From positions 35,122 to 99,121 of the IMG/VR virus record IMGVR_UViG_3300037419_002054: a DNA stretch of 64,000 bases. The stretch is one strand, 5' to 3'. The notes beneath the pieces were generated by a model. It saw only the letters and a list, made by a program, of their open reading frames with translations. It made no database searches and was not told where the DNA came from. The translations under genes were made by a program, and so were the position numbers. This DNA comes from a virus (Duplodnaviria; Heunggongvirae; Uroviricota; Caudoviricetes). Below are positions 10,601 through 18,581 of this stretch, one piece after another (positions within the stretch are counted from its first letter, which is position 1; each line of letters starts with the position of its first letter).

Positions 10601-11417
10601 TCGCCGAGAACGCTGCCACCTCCTCGTCGCTGCCGCGGAGCGTCTTGGAGACCATCGCCATCGAGGTCTCCAGATCCATCGCCGCCTTGAGCGAGAAGCC
10701 GCCCAGCGCCGTCAGAGGGGCCGTGATTCCCATCGACAGCTGCATCCCCACGTTCGAGACCCGCTGACCAACGTGGTCGAGCCGGTCCGCGAGGGACTGC
10801 TGCACCTTCTGCCCGGTCTGCTCGCTCTTCTTCCCGAGGCGGTCCAGCCCCGCGATGACCCGGTCCAGCGCCGGGAGCATCTTCCCCAGCGCCTCCTGCG
10901 AGCCGAGCACGCCCTGCTCGATCCGGTGGAGGGACGAGTTCGTCTCGTCGACCCCCGCCTTCAGCTCCTTCGTTGCCGCGTACGTTGCCTGACTGGCAAC
11001 CGCCACGCGCGCCATCCTCCCGGCAACGGTGCCCAGGTTCCCGGAGAGGACCCCGAGGGACTTGTCCAGCTGCATCGTGGAGGCGACGCCCATCGCCGAC
11101 ATCTTCTCCAGGCTCTCCTGAACCCCGGCGAAGCCGGCGGTGAGCTTGGCCTCCGTCTGCTGCCCCGCCTCCGTCAACAGATCGAGGCCGGCAACCACGT
11201 CCCCGAAGCCAACCGCCATCTTCTCGGTTGCCTTCAGGCTCGCGGTCGCGGCCTTGTCCAGAGGCTCGGCGAGTCCCTGAGTGATCCTTTCCCCCACCGC
11301 GGCAAGAAGGGTGGCGAGATCCGCGCCACCCTTCTCCGCTGCAGCAAAGGTCTTCTCCAGCCCGGTAGCGTCGCCGTCCAGGAGGACGGAAATCGTTCCC
11401 GCCGAGACCTCACTCAC
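7656..11417 (-). CDS. tail tape measure protein (about 1253 aa from GTG 11417; ORF-track TTG/M start at 11465 is the alternative)
   Basis: Very long Ala/Gln/Leu/Glu-rich ORF with periodic coiled-coil character and a Gly-rich C-terminal segment (GGGGGGGIFGALG), directly after the G/G-T chaperones. GTG at 11417 has an AAGGAG SD and overlaps the T stop as GTGA. Confidence 0.85.
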   Translation of the reverse strand: MSEVSAGTISVLLDGDATGLEKTFAAAEKGGADLATLLAAVGERITQGLAEPLDKAATASLKATEKMAVGFGDVVAGLDLLTEAGQQTEAKLTAGFAGVQESLEKMSAMGVASTMQLDKSLGVLSGNLGTVAGRMARVAVASQATYAATKELKAGVDETNSSLHRIEQGVLGSQEALGKMLPALDRVIAGLDRLGKKSEQTGQKVQQSLADRLDHVGQRVSNVGMQLSMGITAPLTALGGFSLKAAMDLETSMAMVSKTLRGSDEEVAAFSATLKDTFKTMSTEIPTSAADLGQIAALASQLGVKKENLVAFTRAMADMGVATNLNAQDAATELARFANITQMSQNDFGRLGSSIVALGNNFATTESDIVAMGMRLAGAGHVVGLNESQIMGLSAALSSVGVEAEAGGTAFSRVMMEIANAVAEGKGSLTNFAQVAGMPRAEFAKLAKEHPEKALLAFVGGLDRLNKSGVNVFAVLKSVEFQDARVRDALLRSAGAGDLMTRALETSSRAWEENTALNKEAERFYGTTENQLKMLWNEITNVASQLGETLIPALRKLFTEIRPILGMFSAWVETFANLHPILQLLIIGFAAFLATLGPLLFMLGQVIQTVAALTAVITVLKGEAALAGLASLLTPAGLIIGGLALLAGAFMYVSYKAQQAAAATAAAIASFRASLAGMNAEQLMAGVTGRMALEDDINLAKQVLQQQLTAARNKLKTSQDSDTQAANSRPAQMRDMPYESRATREAAAEVARLEAQQTALNEQYATTEREIRDMTTQYNILDRQRRDAQKAAEDAAAALANGAGFTPTQTEDEAKKAEHAREQGIKRQLDLMDVEVQQGRKTLQDRLNFLNQIIGQEQAAHRTNTDFYVSMLQEQAQTEQQIRDQTFQRNMQRMELEVSAGQKGAQDRLALIQQAIAQEEQAQRTNTDFYLQLKQQEMTALRQIRDEERSWAQFRLQTGQLTYKARVAQIDSELQHVRAGSQEQLQLEQERFNVLSEYLSRRTQEINRAAGENKALALQMLNQLMAEMQAIAPGIEIFRQQITDAMDQVRTKGQQSANQLHQAFQSVAEQVIGGIVDGLIEGRKNWGDWAKQMLADIAKMIIKLLVMKAIMKALKMDQQGGGGGGGGIFGALGTVVGLAIGGPGGAAAGGAIGGAIDGFAAKGANMTAGEAWIVGEKGPELFFPGVSGQVKPVDVVDPGAALTQAQPSSQPAVVFDFSGMPGPKDMRQAARDAEWQDYIRETLRVAKSQGFKV

Positions 11418-11809
11418 GTTGCGTTCTCCTTGCTCCGCTGACGCTGTCGCTGCACCTTCTCCCAAAGGGAGGCGAACTTGCCGCCGCTCTTCTCGCTCTT
11501 CTTCCCCTCGAGGGCTTCCTCAGCCTCCTCCAGCGAGGTGAACTTCTGCACCCGGCCGAGCAGCTCGTTGACCGAGACCCGCTTGCGGACGTGGGGCTGG
11601 ATGACGTGGGCAACGACCCAGGCCAGATCCTCCCGCTGCCTCTCACGCCGCCACTGGTAGCCCTTCAGGAGCTCGACGTACTCGGCGGGGGTAAGCGCGT
11701 AGAACTCGTGCGGCTTCAGACTGAGCGCACCGTAGGCGAATTCCTGCGTGCGCTCGATCCACCCCTTGAAGCGGGAGTCCTGATCTAGGCTCCCGCCTCC
11801 CCGTTTCCC
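11414..11809 (-). CDS. T extension of tail assembly chaperone, expressed only as a G-T fusion via -1 programmed frameshift
   Basis: -1 frame is open from slippery heptamer GGGAAAC (minus-strand, plus coordinates 11803-11809) to TGA at 11414-11416. It contains no Met. Translation ...QDSRFKGWIERTQEFAYGALSLKPHEFYALTPAEYVELLKGYQW... Canonical position between chaperone G and TMP. Confidence 0.6.
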   Translation of the reverse strand, partial: GKRGGGSLDQDSRFKGWIERTQEFAYGALSLKPHEFYALTPAEYVELLKGYQWRRERQREDLAWVVAHVIQPHVRKRVSVNELLGRVQKFTSLEEAEEALEGKKSEKSGGKFASLWEKVQRQRQRSKENAT

Positions 11810-12150
11810 TCGGGGCCGTCCGTCTCCTCGGCCGCCGGCTTGGCCGGGCCCAGGATGCCGGAGAGCTGCAGCGCCTCGGTCAGCTTGTTGACCAGCGGGG
11901 GCAGCTCACCGCCCGCGTGCAGGTGCTCCGAGATCAGGTCGCCGGCGCCGGCCATCGTGAGGCTCCGCTCCTCCCACTTGAGGGCGGCCCACAGGAGGGC
12001 GCGGATCGTGGAGAGACCCATCCGGCCGCCCACGACGAGGCTGCCGATACCCACGCCCATCACGTCCTCGAGGTCCGCCAGCGCGTTGATGTCGAGCCGC
12101 AGGCGGTAGTCCCGGCCGGTCGCGAGGGAGAGCATGGTGTAACGAGACAT
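11785..12150 (-). CDS. tail assembly chaperone (gpG-like, 121 aa)
   Basis: Small acidic ORF between major tail protein and TMP. Its 3' end carries the GGGAAAC slippery site. Confidence 0.7.
   Translation of the reverse strand: MSRYTMLSLATGRDYRLRLDINALADLEDVMGVGIGSLVVGGRMGLSTIRALLWAALKWEERSLTMAGAGDLISEHLHAGGELPPLVNKLTEALQLSGILGPAKPAAEETDGPEGNGEAGA
11803..11809 (-). other. -1 programmed ribosomal frameshift slippery heptamer G GGA AAC (G-T chaperone)
   Basis: X_XXY_YYZ heptamer in the G frame 8 codons before the G stop. The -1 frame is open for 135 codons to TGA at 11414. Confidence 0.6.
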
Positions 12151-12188
12151 TCGGTAGATCCTTGCGTTCGGAAGTTGAGGGGGCCTCT

Positions 12189-12226
12189 CAGCTGGCGAGT
12201 CCTCCGGAGTGAGGACTCGCCAGCTG
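12189..12226 (-). terminator. intrinsic terminator after major tail protein gene
   Basis: 16-bp perfect stem CAGCTGGCGAGTCCTC / GAGGACTCGCCAGCTG with a 6-nt loop. Confidence 0.6.
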
Positions 12227-12241
12227 ATCAGCAGGTACTGC

Positions 12242-12670
12242 TTACGGCTGGGTGCTGCGGGCCAGCGCGCCGCTGCCGGTGAACTCGATCGTCACCGCCA
12301 CGGCGTCGTCCATCGGGTCGCCGATCTCGTACGACATGATCATGGCGTCGCCCACCCACTGCTTCTTGCCGCTCGTGGCCGCCTGGGGACGGAAGCGCAG
12401 CTTCACCTTCGTCCCGTTCTCCAGCGCGGCATACAGCGCGTCCTGCGCCACGTCCGCGTCGACGAACAGGCCGCCGGCCGTCCCGCTCCAGCTCTTCATC
12501 CCCAGCAGGAACTCGCGCCAGCCGGCGCTGTCCTTCGAGGACGCGTCGATCTTGTCCGCCTCGACGTGGAGCGTGATGTCACGCAGCTCGCCGACGCGGG
12601 TGTAGGTCGTCCCGCCGTTGGTGCTCACCTCGAGCGAGGCGTTGTACCCGGTGATCGCCTGGGTAGCCAT
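12242..12670 (-). CDS. major tail (tube) protein, phi13/TP901-1-like small MTP (142 aa)
   Basis: About 140-aa beta-rich protein (MATQAITGYNASLEVSTNGGTTYTRVGELRDITL...) directly upstream of the chaperones and followed by a 16-bp-stem terminator. Confidence 0.65.
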   Translation of the reverse strand: MATQAITGYNASLEVSTNGGTTYTRVGELRDITLHVEADKIDASSKDSAGWREFLLGMKSWSGTAGGLFVDADVAQDALYAALENGTKVKLRFRPQAATSGKKQWVGDAMIMSYEIGDPMDDAVAVTIEFTGSGALARSTQP

Positions 12671-12685
12671 CTCGTTCCGTTCTCC

Positions 12686-13042
12686 TTACTGGGCGTGACG
12701 CAGCGCGGCCACCTTGAGCCCCGCCGCGGAGTAGTTGATCAGGACGGAGCCCGCGTCGACCCCGCTCTGCTGGTTCCACCAGGGCTGACGAAGCCGCGGC
12801 ACGTAGCCGATCCCGGTGGTCGCCGGGACGACGACCGTCAGGTCGCCGGTCCGGCCCGCCTCGTCGGCGACGCTCACGATGGTGGCCGTGATCGCGGCGC
12901 CGGTGGTGTTCTGGAAGATCAGATGCGTCTTCCCGTCGTTCGGGTACGCGTTCCCGTTCGTCTGGTCGGCGGTCGAGAACGTGATGCTGTCGATCTCGGC
13001 GTTCACCGGAACGTCGATGATCGGAAGTGCGGTGCGCGGCAT
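12686..13042 (-). CDS. hypothetical virion structural protein (118 aa)
   Basis: In the head-tail joining/tail module. Thr/Ala-rich. Confidence 0.4.
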   Translation of the reverse strand: MPRTALPIIDVPVNAEIDSITFSTADQTNGNAYPNDGKTHLIFQNTTGAAITATIVSVADEAGRTGDLTVVVPATTGIGYVPRLRQPWWNQQSGVDAGSVLINYSAAGLKVAALRHAQ

Positions 13043-13045
13043 CGC

Positions 13046-13483
13046 TTACTTGACCTCCTCCTCGGGGGCGGGTTCCGGAGCCGGCTCCTGCATCAGCACC
13101 GGCTCCACGGGGTCCTCGTCGAGCACGCCGAAGCGGCTCAGGTTGACGCCGGAGTTGGCCAGCGCGCGGGCCCAGTCGGACTTGCGCACGGTCCGCTCCA
13201 GCCGCAGTTCGAGGTCCGCCTCGGTGATCCCGATCTCGGCCCCGATCTCCTTCAGGCGCCACGTCGGCACCTTGGACAGCTTCACCGCCTCCGGCGACGG
13301 GGTCTCCGTCACGGGGGCGGGCGACGGAGGGGCGGGGGCGTCGGCATCCACCGCGATCTCCGCGGCGATCCACTCCTGCCCGACCTCGTCGTCGACCGCG
13401 TAGATGGAACCGGCAAGGTGCGTGATGGTCGCGCCCTTCTTGCCCAGCTCCTCGGTCTTCGTCTCCAGCATCAGCACCCTCAC
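13046..13483 (-). CDS. hypothetical structural-module protein (145 aa), acidic Pro/Ala-rich C-terminus
   Basis: ORF with GGAGG-type SD; synteny. Confidence 0.4.
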   Translation of the reverse strand: MRVLMLETKTEELGKKGATITHLAGSIYAVDDEVGQEWIAAEIAVDADAPAPPSPAPVTETPSPEAVKLSKVPTWRLKEIGAEIGITEADLELRLERTVRKSDWARALANSGVNLSRFGVLDEDPVEPVLMQEPAPEPAPEEEVK

Positions 13484-13875
13484 GGGCGACTCCTCATGGC
13501 TCGATAGTTCTGGACGATCTCGGGCCGGTTGTTCTGGTCGAACCCGAGAGAAAGGGGGCTGCTCAGCGCCGAGATGCCGGGGTAGTAGACCCCTCCCACC
13601 TCCCCGGTGAACCCGTGGAGTACCCCCTGCACCGCGGCCAGCAGAGCCCGCGCCTCCTCGTAGCCCCAGGCATCCCCGCGGACGCGCACCTGGAAGTGCG
13701 GGCGGTCCATGTCACTCCCGACGAGGGGAGCCATGCCCGGGTACTCGAAGAGGGAGACGACCTTGTCCGGCTCCGCCGGCATGTACGCCTTCCGGACAAC
13801 GAACCCATAGCCGGCGGCGACGTCGGTGATCAGGGTCTCGATCTCGTTGAGCAGCGAAGCCAACTGCAGGGTCAC
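13480..13875 (-). CDS. neck/tail terminator-like protein (start reassigned to GTG at 13875)
   Basis: Track ORF 13480..13938 has a Gly/Arg-rich N-terminus. GTG at 13873-13875 overlaps the upstream stop as GTGA and gives VTLQLASLLNEIETL... Confidence 0.4.
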   Translation of the reverse strand: MTLQLASLLNEIETLITDVAAGYGFVVRKAYMPAEPDKVVSLFEYPGMAPLVGSDMDRPHFQVRVRGDAWGYEEARALLAAVQGVLHGFTGEVGGVYYPGISALSSPLSLGFDQNNRPEIVQNYRAMRSRP

Positions 13876-14264
13876 AGCCCCATCTCCTTTCGGACGTGCT
13901 CCGCCATCCGTTCCGCCAGTCCGTCGGCGGCCTCCCACGCGGGGGTCTCGAGGAACTTGGCCTGCGTCTGTCCCTTGTGCTGCAGGTCCATCCGCTCGTG
14001 CACGTGGATTGCGTACGCCGTCGAGGCGTTACCGAAGCCCAGCTCCACGATGACGCGGTGCCCAGTCGTCCGGGGGTGATCCACCCAGCCGGACTCCCGG
14101 AGGTTGCCGGTGTCGAACGGCGTGATCTCCTTCGCCTTCGTCATGATCTCCTCGGCCTCAGCCGAAAGACCTGACTCCAGCGCCTTGATCGCTCGCGCGC
14201 CGTGGGCCCGGAGAAGCCTCCGGACCTGTTCCTGGCCGCGAATCAGGATCGAACGTTGACTCAC
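13872..14264 (-). CDS. HK97 gp10-family head-tail connector protein (130 aa)
   Basis: Motif ...AKEITPFDTGNLRESGW... resembles the HK97 gp10 neck family. Position between head and tail genes. Confidence 0.5.
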   Translation of the reverse strand: MSQRSILIRGQEQVRRLLRAHGARAIKALESGLSAEAEEIMTKAKEITPFDTGNLRESGWVDHPRTTGHRVIVELGFGNASTAYAIHVHERMDLQHKGQTQAKFLETPAWEAADGLAERMAEHVRKEMGL

Positions 14265-14265
14265 G

Positions 14266-14577
14266 CTACTCGCACCACAGCTTGAGGTAGAAGGGTCGGC
14301 CCTCCCCGTCCGGCATCTCCTCCACCGCGAGGATGGGGGGATTGCTGCCGTCGGTGAGGGTGAGCCGGCTCGAAGTGCTGACCACCGCGGTGGGCGGGAG
14401 CCACACCGCAGCGGTCGCGACCTTCTCCGATCCGTCCCGGGAACGGACGAGCTTCTGCTTCTTCTGCACCCGGGCCGGGTAGGTGGCGGGGGCGGCGTAG
14501 GTCGGCTTGTTGTAGCCGTCCGTGCCCGTCTTCTCCTCCACCGTCACCGTCTGGTTCAGGAGGGCGAGAAGGCTCAC
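14266..14577 (-). CDS. head-tail joining / head closure protein (103 aa)
   Basis: About 100-aa protein (MSLLALLNQTVTVEEKTG...) typical of the SPP1 gp16-type head-closure family. Synteny. Confidence 0.45.
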   Translation of the reverse strand: MSLLALLNQTVTVEEKTGTDGYNKPTYAAPATYPARVQKKQKLVRSRDGSEKVATAAVWLPPTAVVSTSSRLTLTDGSNPPILAVEEMPDGEGRPFYLKLWCE

Positions 14578-15200
14578 AGCTTCTTCCTCCGGTAGCGGTT
14601 GATGGTGCTCCTCAGCCCCGGGATGGAGTCGAGGACCGTGCTCTCGTCGAACCGCGCCCCCGCGAGCTCGTAGCGGTAGTCGCCGATCTGCTCACTGCGC
14701 AGGCCCTCCTTGCCCTTCGTCCGGAACTTGAGCGAGCATAGGTCGAGGACGACCTGCTTCAGGGACTCCGGTTCCTCCCCCACCGGGAAGCCGGCTTGAT
14801 ACGTCACCCGGATCGTGCGGGACCCGGTGCGCCAGCCGACGTACTCCACCGGGAACGGGGCGTACGCGCTCGGGGCTCCCCACGGAGAACCGTCCACGAG
14901 GAAGATCCGCCGGGGCTTGTTGGGGAGGGTCTCGTACGCCGCGGGGTCCAGCACCTTCCACGTGTCCCCGGGGAAGTCCCGCCACTCCACCTTCGTGATG
15001 CTGACGGGGTTCTCACGGAGCCAGAGAGCGTCGGACCCCTTGGGGCTCAACACCTCGACGAACTCCTTGGGCGGCCCGAAGTAGCGATCGGCCTCCCCCT
15101 CCAGGAAGGCCACCGCGCGCACCTCGAGCTTGGTCAGCACGTCGTCGAGGTCCGGGACCGTGACGCCCAGCCAGTCCTTCAGCTCCTGGAGGGGGACCAT
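14574..15200 (-). CDS. head-tail adaptor/connector candidate (208 aa)
   Basis: Synteny downstream of the capsid genes. ATGA overlap with the next gene. Confidence 0.4.
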   Translation of the reverse strand: MVPLQELKDWLGVTVPDLDDVLTKLEVRAVAFLEGEADRYFGPPKEFVEVLSPKGSDALWLRENPVSITKVEWRDFPGDTWKVLDPAAYETLPNKPRRIFLVDGSPWGAPSAYAPFPVEYVGWRTGSRTIRVTYQAGFPVGEEPESLKQVVLDLCSLKFRTKGKEGLRSEQIGDYRYELAGARFDESTVLDSIPGLRSTINRYRRKKL

Positions 15201-15604
15201 CAGGCGCCTGCCTTGTTCTTCCGGTTCTGCCGGTACTGCTTCCGCTTCTCGGCCGCGGTCAGCGGCTTCGGTTCGTCACCCTCGGCGCCGGGAGGGGTCT
15301 CCTCCTCGTCCGGGCCGGCGTCCTCCTCGGGGGCCAGCTCCTCCTCCACCGCGGTCTCCGGGTTCTCCTCCTCGGCGGCCTCGTCCTCGGCCGGCGCGGG
15401 CGGCTCCTCCTCGTCCTCCTCCTGCTCGTTCGTGGCGGGCTCCTCCGGCTCCCACCCGCCGACGATCACGTGCTCGGCGAACTCAGCGGCGAAGAAAGCC
15501 CGGGCCAGCTCCTCGGGGACGTCGTACTCGATCCCCTCCTCGTACAGGTTCACCGAGATCCCGTCGGGGGAACCCTTCTCGGTGCGCTTCATCTTGATCT
15601 GCAT
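15200..15604 (-). CDS. highly acidic hypothetical protein (134 aa, Glu/Asp-rich C-terminus)
   Basis: ORF follows a strong terminator. Sequence EEDEEEPPAPAEDEAAEEENPE... Confidence 0.45.
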   Translation of the reverse strand: MQIKMKRTEKGSPDGISVNLYEEGIEYDVPEELARAFFAAEFAEHVIVGGWEPEEPATNEQEEDEEEPPAPAEDEAAEEENPETAVEEELAPEEDAGPDEEETPPGAEGDEPKPLTAAEKRKQYRQNRKNKAGA

Positions 15605-15633
15605 CTGCAGTTCGTTATCCGGGTGAAAGAAAG

Positions 15634-15664
15634 AGGGCGGGGGCGGTCACTCCGCCCCCGCCCT
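15634..15664 (-). terminator. intrinsic terminator
   Basis: 13-bp GC stem AGGGCGGGGGCGG/CCGCCCCCGCCCT followed by CUUUCUUUC on the minus transcript. Confidence 0.65.
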
Positions 15665-15692
15665 GTCCCTACGCTGTCGGCTCAGCCGGTGA

Positions 15693-16085
15693 TCAGATCT
15701 TCACCGGGTAGTGCCGGGGGTAGCCCAGCACGACGGTGGCCGAGGTCTCGCCGCCGGTGGTGGTGCCCGCGGCCGTCACGTTCGCACGCACGTACCGCTT
15801 GTTCCCGTTGTAGTTCACCTTGACGAACTTGTTGTCGTCCGCCGCGCCGAACGCCGGGAGGGCGCCGTTGAAGTCCGAGGCCGCCACCGCGGTGAAGGTG
15901 ACGTTGTCGTCGGACTCCTCGATGGTGTAGGTGTGGGTCCCGTCCGCCACGTTGCCGGAGCGGAACAGGAACATCACGGCCTCGAAGCCGAGCACGTCCA
16001 CGCCGGTCCCGTTCACGGTGCCGTTCGTGCGGTTGGCGTACCCGACGGTGCTCACGAAGCCCAGGTTGTGCCGCAGATCCTTCAT
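15693..16085 (-). CDS. hypothetical structural protein (possible capsid decoration, 130 aa)
   Basis: Immediately downstream of the MCP, between two terminators. Gly/Thr/Asn-rich. Confidence 0.4.
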   Translation of the reverse strand: MKDLRHNLGFVSTVGYANRTNGTVNGTGVDVLGFEAVMFLFRSGNVADGTHTYTIEESDDNVTFTAVAASDFNGALPAFGAADDNKFVKVNYNGNKRYVRANVTAAGTTTGGETSATVVLGYPRHYPVKI

Positions 16086-16116
16086 CGTTCTCTCGCGTGG
16101 AGTAGTTGGGTTGAAC

Positions 16117-16138
16117 AGGTGGGGGCCGGAGCCCCCAC
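16117..16138 (-). terminator. hairpin/attenuator immediately after MCP gene
   Basis: GGTGGGGGC-CGGA-GCCCCCACC. Weak U tract. Confidence 0.45.
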
Positions 16139-16164
16139 CCCTCAGTTCAGCCGGCCGCGGCGGG

Positions 16165-17310
16165 TTACGCCGCGACGCGCAGCTTGCGGATCGCCTCGGC
16201 CATCAGCACCTGCGAGCCCACCCGCTTGCGGGCGAGGAAGCGCACGGCGTTGCTGGTCGCCTGGGTGTACGGGTCGCGCAGGATCGAGATCGCGAGGCGG
16301 TCCACGATCGTCAGCGCCTTCCGCATGTCCCCGAAGATCACCGGGGTCGAGTTGGCGGCGATGTCGGGCATGTCGATCACCTCGACGTAGGGCTTGCCGT
16401 TGATCGTCGCCGGCTCCCCGCTCGCCAGCCCCGGCTGCCAGATGTACACGCCGTTGGCGTCCTTCAGCAGGCGGATCTGCTTCAGGGTCTGGCGGTTCAG
16501 GAAGTACATCCCGTTGCGGGCGTAGAACTCCTTCACGTCGTACGCCAGCGAGATCACGCTGTCCGCGGTGATCTTGGTCGCGTCGCCGGTCTTGGTCTCG
16601 GCGATGCTCTGGTGGCCCAGCGCGCCCTGGGGCTTGCCGACGCCGTTGCCCAGCACGAAGGCCGCGCCCTCGGTCACGCCGAACTGCTCACCGAACTCCG
16701 TGCGCAGCTCCGACTCCAGGTCGAAGGCGCTGTCCTCCAGGTCCTGGTTCGAGATGTCGACCATCGCCACCATCTCGTGCGTCGGGATCTCCTCCAGCCC
16801 GTAGCGCAGGCCGTCGGTCTCCGTCCGCTGCCCGGTCTCGGTCGCCCAGCGGGCGGCGAAGGTGCCGGTCTTCCGGGGCTGCTGGATCGAACGCTGCGTG
16901 GTCGAGCGCACGCGGGCGTACTGCCGGAGGGGCGACCACTCCACCACCTCCTTCAGGATCTCCTTCACGTACTCGGTGGGGGCGAGGTAGCCGCCGGTGG
17001 TGTCGTCCGACACCGTCAGCATCTTCCGCTCCTCGGGGCTCACCTCGCCCTTGCGGGCGTACGCGAACAGCGCGTTCTTGGCCTCCGACGCCTTGGGGGC
17101 CTCGGGGGCGCCGCCCTCCCCGCCCAGCTTGTTGGCGGCGCGGGCCATCTTGGTCTCCAGCTCGCCCAGCCGCTCGTTGATCCGGTCGACGGCGGTCTTG
17201 GTCTCGCTCGAGACGCTGCCGGCCGACTTCAGCTCGCCGTCCTGGCGCTCCAGGGCCTGCCGGAACTCGGCGAAGGCGGTCTGGAACTCGGTCTTCAGCT
17301 CCTGGTCCAT
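16165..17310 (-). CDS. major capsid protein, HK97 fold, with N-terminal delta/scaffold-like coiled coil
   Basis: 381 aa with an N-terminal coiled-coil region and a C-terminal region typical of the Phage_capsid (HK97) family. Follows the prohead protease. Confidence 0.85.
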   Translation of the reverse strand: MDQELKTEFQTAFAEFRQALERQDGELKSAGSVSSETKTAVDRINERLGELETKMARAANKLGGEGGAPEAPKASEAKNALFAYARKGEVSPEERKMLTVSDDTTGGYLAPTEYVKEILKEVVEWSPLRQYARVRSTTQRSIQQPRKTGTFAARWATETGQRTETDGLRYGLEEIPTHEMVAMVDISNQDLEDSAFDLESELRTEFGEQFGVTEGAAFVLGNGVGKPQGALGHQSIAETKTGDATKITADSVISLAYDVKEFYARNGMYFLNRQTLKQIRLLKDANGVYIWQPGLASGEPATINGKPYVEVIDMPDIAANSTPVIFGDMRKALTIVDRLAISILRDPYTQATSNAVRFLARKRVGSQVLMAEAIRKLRVAA

Positions 17311-18449
17311 CAGGTCGTAGCTCCCTTGTTGTTGCGATCGGTGAGGAACTGGCGGAAGTCACGGAGCGTCGAATGGACCAGCGCCGGGTCGACGTTCTTC
17401 TGCTCCTCGGGGGCGGCTCCGCCGTTCTCACCGCCCTCGGGGTTCGGGGTGCCCTCGGGAGCCTCGGGGGGCGTGCCCCCCTTGCCGCCCTCGGGCGCGT
17501 TCGGGTCTTCGTTCTCCTCGTCCGGCTTCGCGGCCGGGCGAGCGTTGGTCAGCAGCGTGCTGAGCGCGTCGATCGCGGTCTGCACGCGGGTCAGGCTCTG
17601 CGCCGAGAGGACGCGCCCGACCTTCAGCTCGTCGGCCTCGATGTAGGCGCCGATCGTCAGCTTGCGCAGGAGGCGCTCGAACTTGTTGTCCGTGGGCTCG
17701 TTCACGTTCATCCCGGACTTGGCGAAGTAGCGGCTCAGGTGCCCGGTGAGGCGGTGCTTCACCGCCTCCGGGAGATCCGACGCCTTGAGCTCCGCGGCCG
17801 CAGCCGAGAGCGCGGCGGGGACCACCACCGGCGAGCCGTTGACGATGTCGGCGATGGCGAACTTCCGCTCCTCGCCGCTGACGTACAGGAAGCCCTTCGT
17901 CAGCTTCTCCCGGTCGTTGCCGGCCCACTCGAGGACCCGTGCCTGCGCGGCGGCGGCGTCCCACGAAACGTCCTTCGCGACCGGGAGGTCGCTGAAAGCG
18001 CTGAGGGCCTGCTTGACGGAAGTCACCTGCGCGATGGGAAGCATGGGGAAGGTGACCACGGACACCTCCCACAGGCGCACCTCGAGGAGCTGGCGGACTT
18101 CCTGCGCCCAGCTCACGGTGATCGTGTCGTAGCCGATCGAGAGGCCCTTGATGGCCCCCTGCTTGAGCAGGGAGTACGCCTCGCGTCCCTTCGTCACGTC
18201 GAGGTTGAGCTTCCCGCGGATGATCAGTCCCTGCGGGCTGTCCTCCAGCTTGCCGAGACCGATCGGGTGATACGGGTCGTGCTGCCACAGGATCACGACC
18301 TCGGGGTTCTGCTGGATGGTCCGGGTGAACGCACCCGGCATCACCATGTCACCGCCGAGATCCTCGATCCCGTAGACGGAGGCGAAGCCGACGAAGTCGC
18401 CGGTCTCCTGCAGCTCCTTGACTTCGAACTGGAATGCCTTCTTTTCCAC
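17310..18449 (-). CDS. prohead protease (HK97/U35-type) with C-terminal scaffold-like extension
   Basis: N-terminus MEKKAFQFEVKELQETGDFVGFASVYGIEDLGGDMVMPGAF matches the HK97 protease family signature. 379 aa (longer than about 200 aa) suggests a fused scaffold. TGATG overlap with the MCP gene. Confidence 0.75.
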   Translation of the reverse strand: MEKKAFQFEVKELQETGDFVGFASVYGIEDLGGDMVMPGAFTRTIQQNPEVVILWQHDPYHPIGLGKLEDSPQGLIIRGKLNLDVTKGREAYSLLKQGAIKGLSIGYDTITVSWAQEVRQLLEVRLWEVSVVTFPMLPIAQVTSVKQALSAFSDLPVAKDVSWDAAAAQARVLEWAGNDREKLTKGFLYVSGEERKFAIADIVNGSPVVVPAALSAAAAELKASDLPEAVKHRLTGHLSRYFAKSGMNVNEPTDNKFERLLRKLTIGAYIEADELKVGRVLSAQSLTRVQTAIDALSTLLTNARPAAKPDEENEDPNAPEGGKGGTPPEAPEGTPNPEGGENGGAAPEEQKNVDPALVHSTLRDFRQFLTDRNNKGATT

Positions 18450-18581
18450 GGGCTCTCCCCAGGTGGCCTATGCACGAAGCCCCGCAAGCCGACGAACGAC
18501 TAGCGGGGCTTCACGTCCACTAGGTCGTTGCTGTTGATGACCTAATGGGTACTTGAGCGACTCTCGCGCTCTCCAGCGTGC

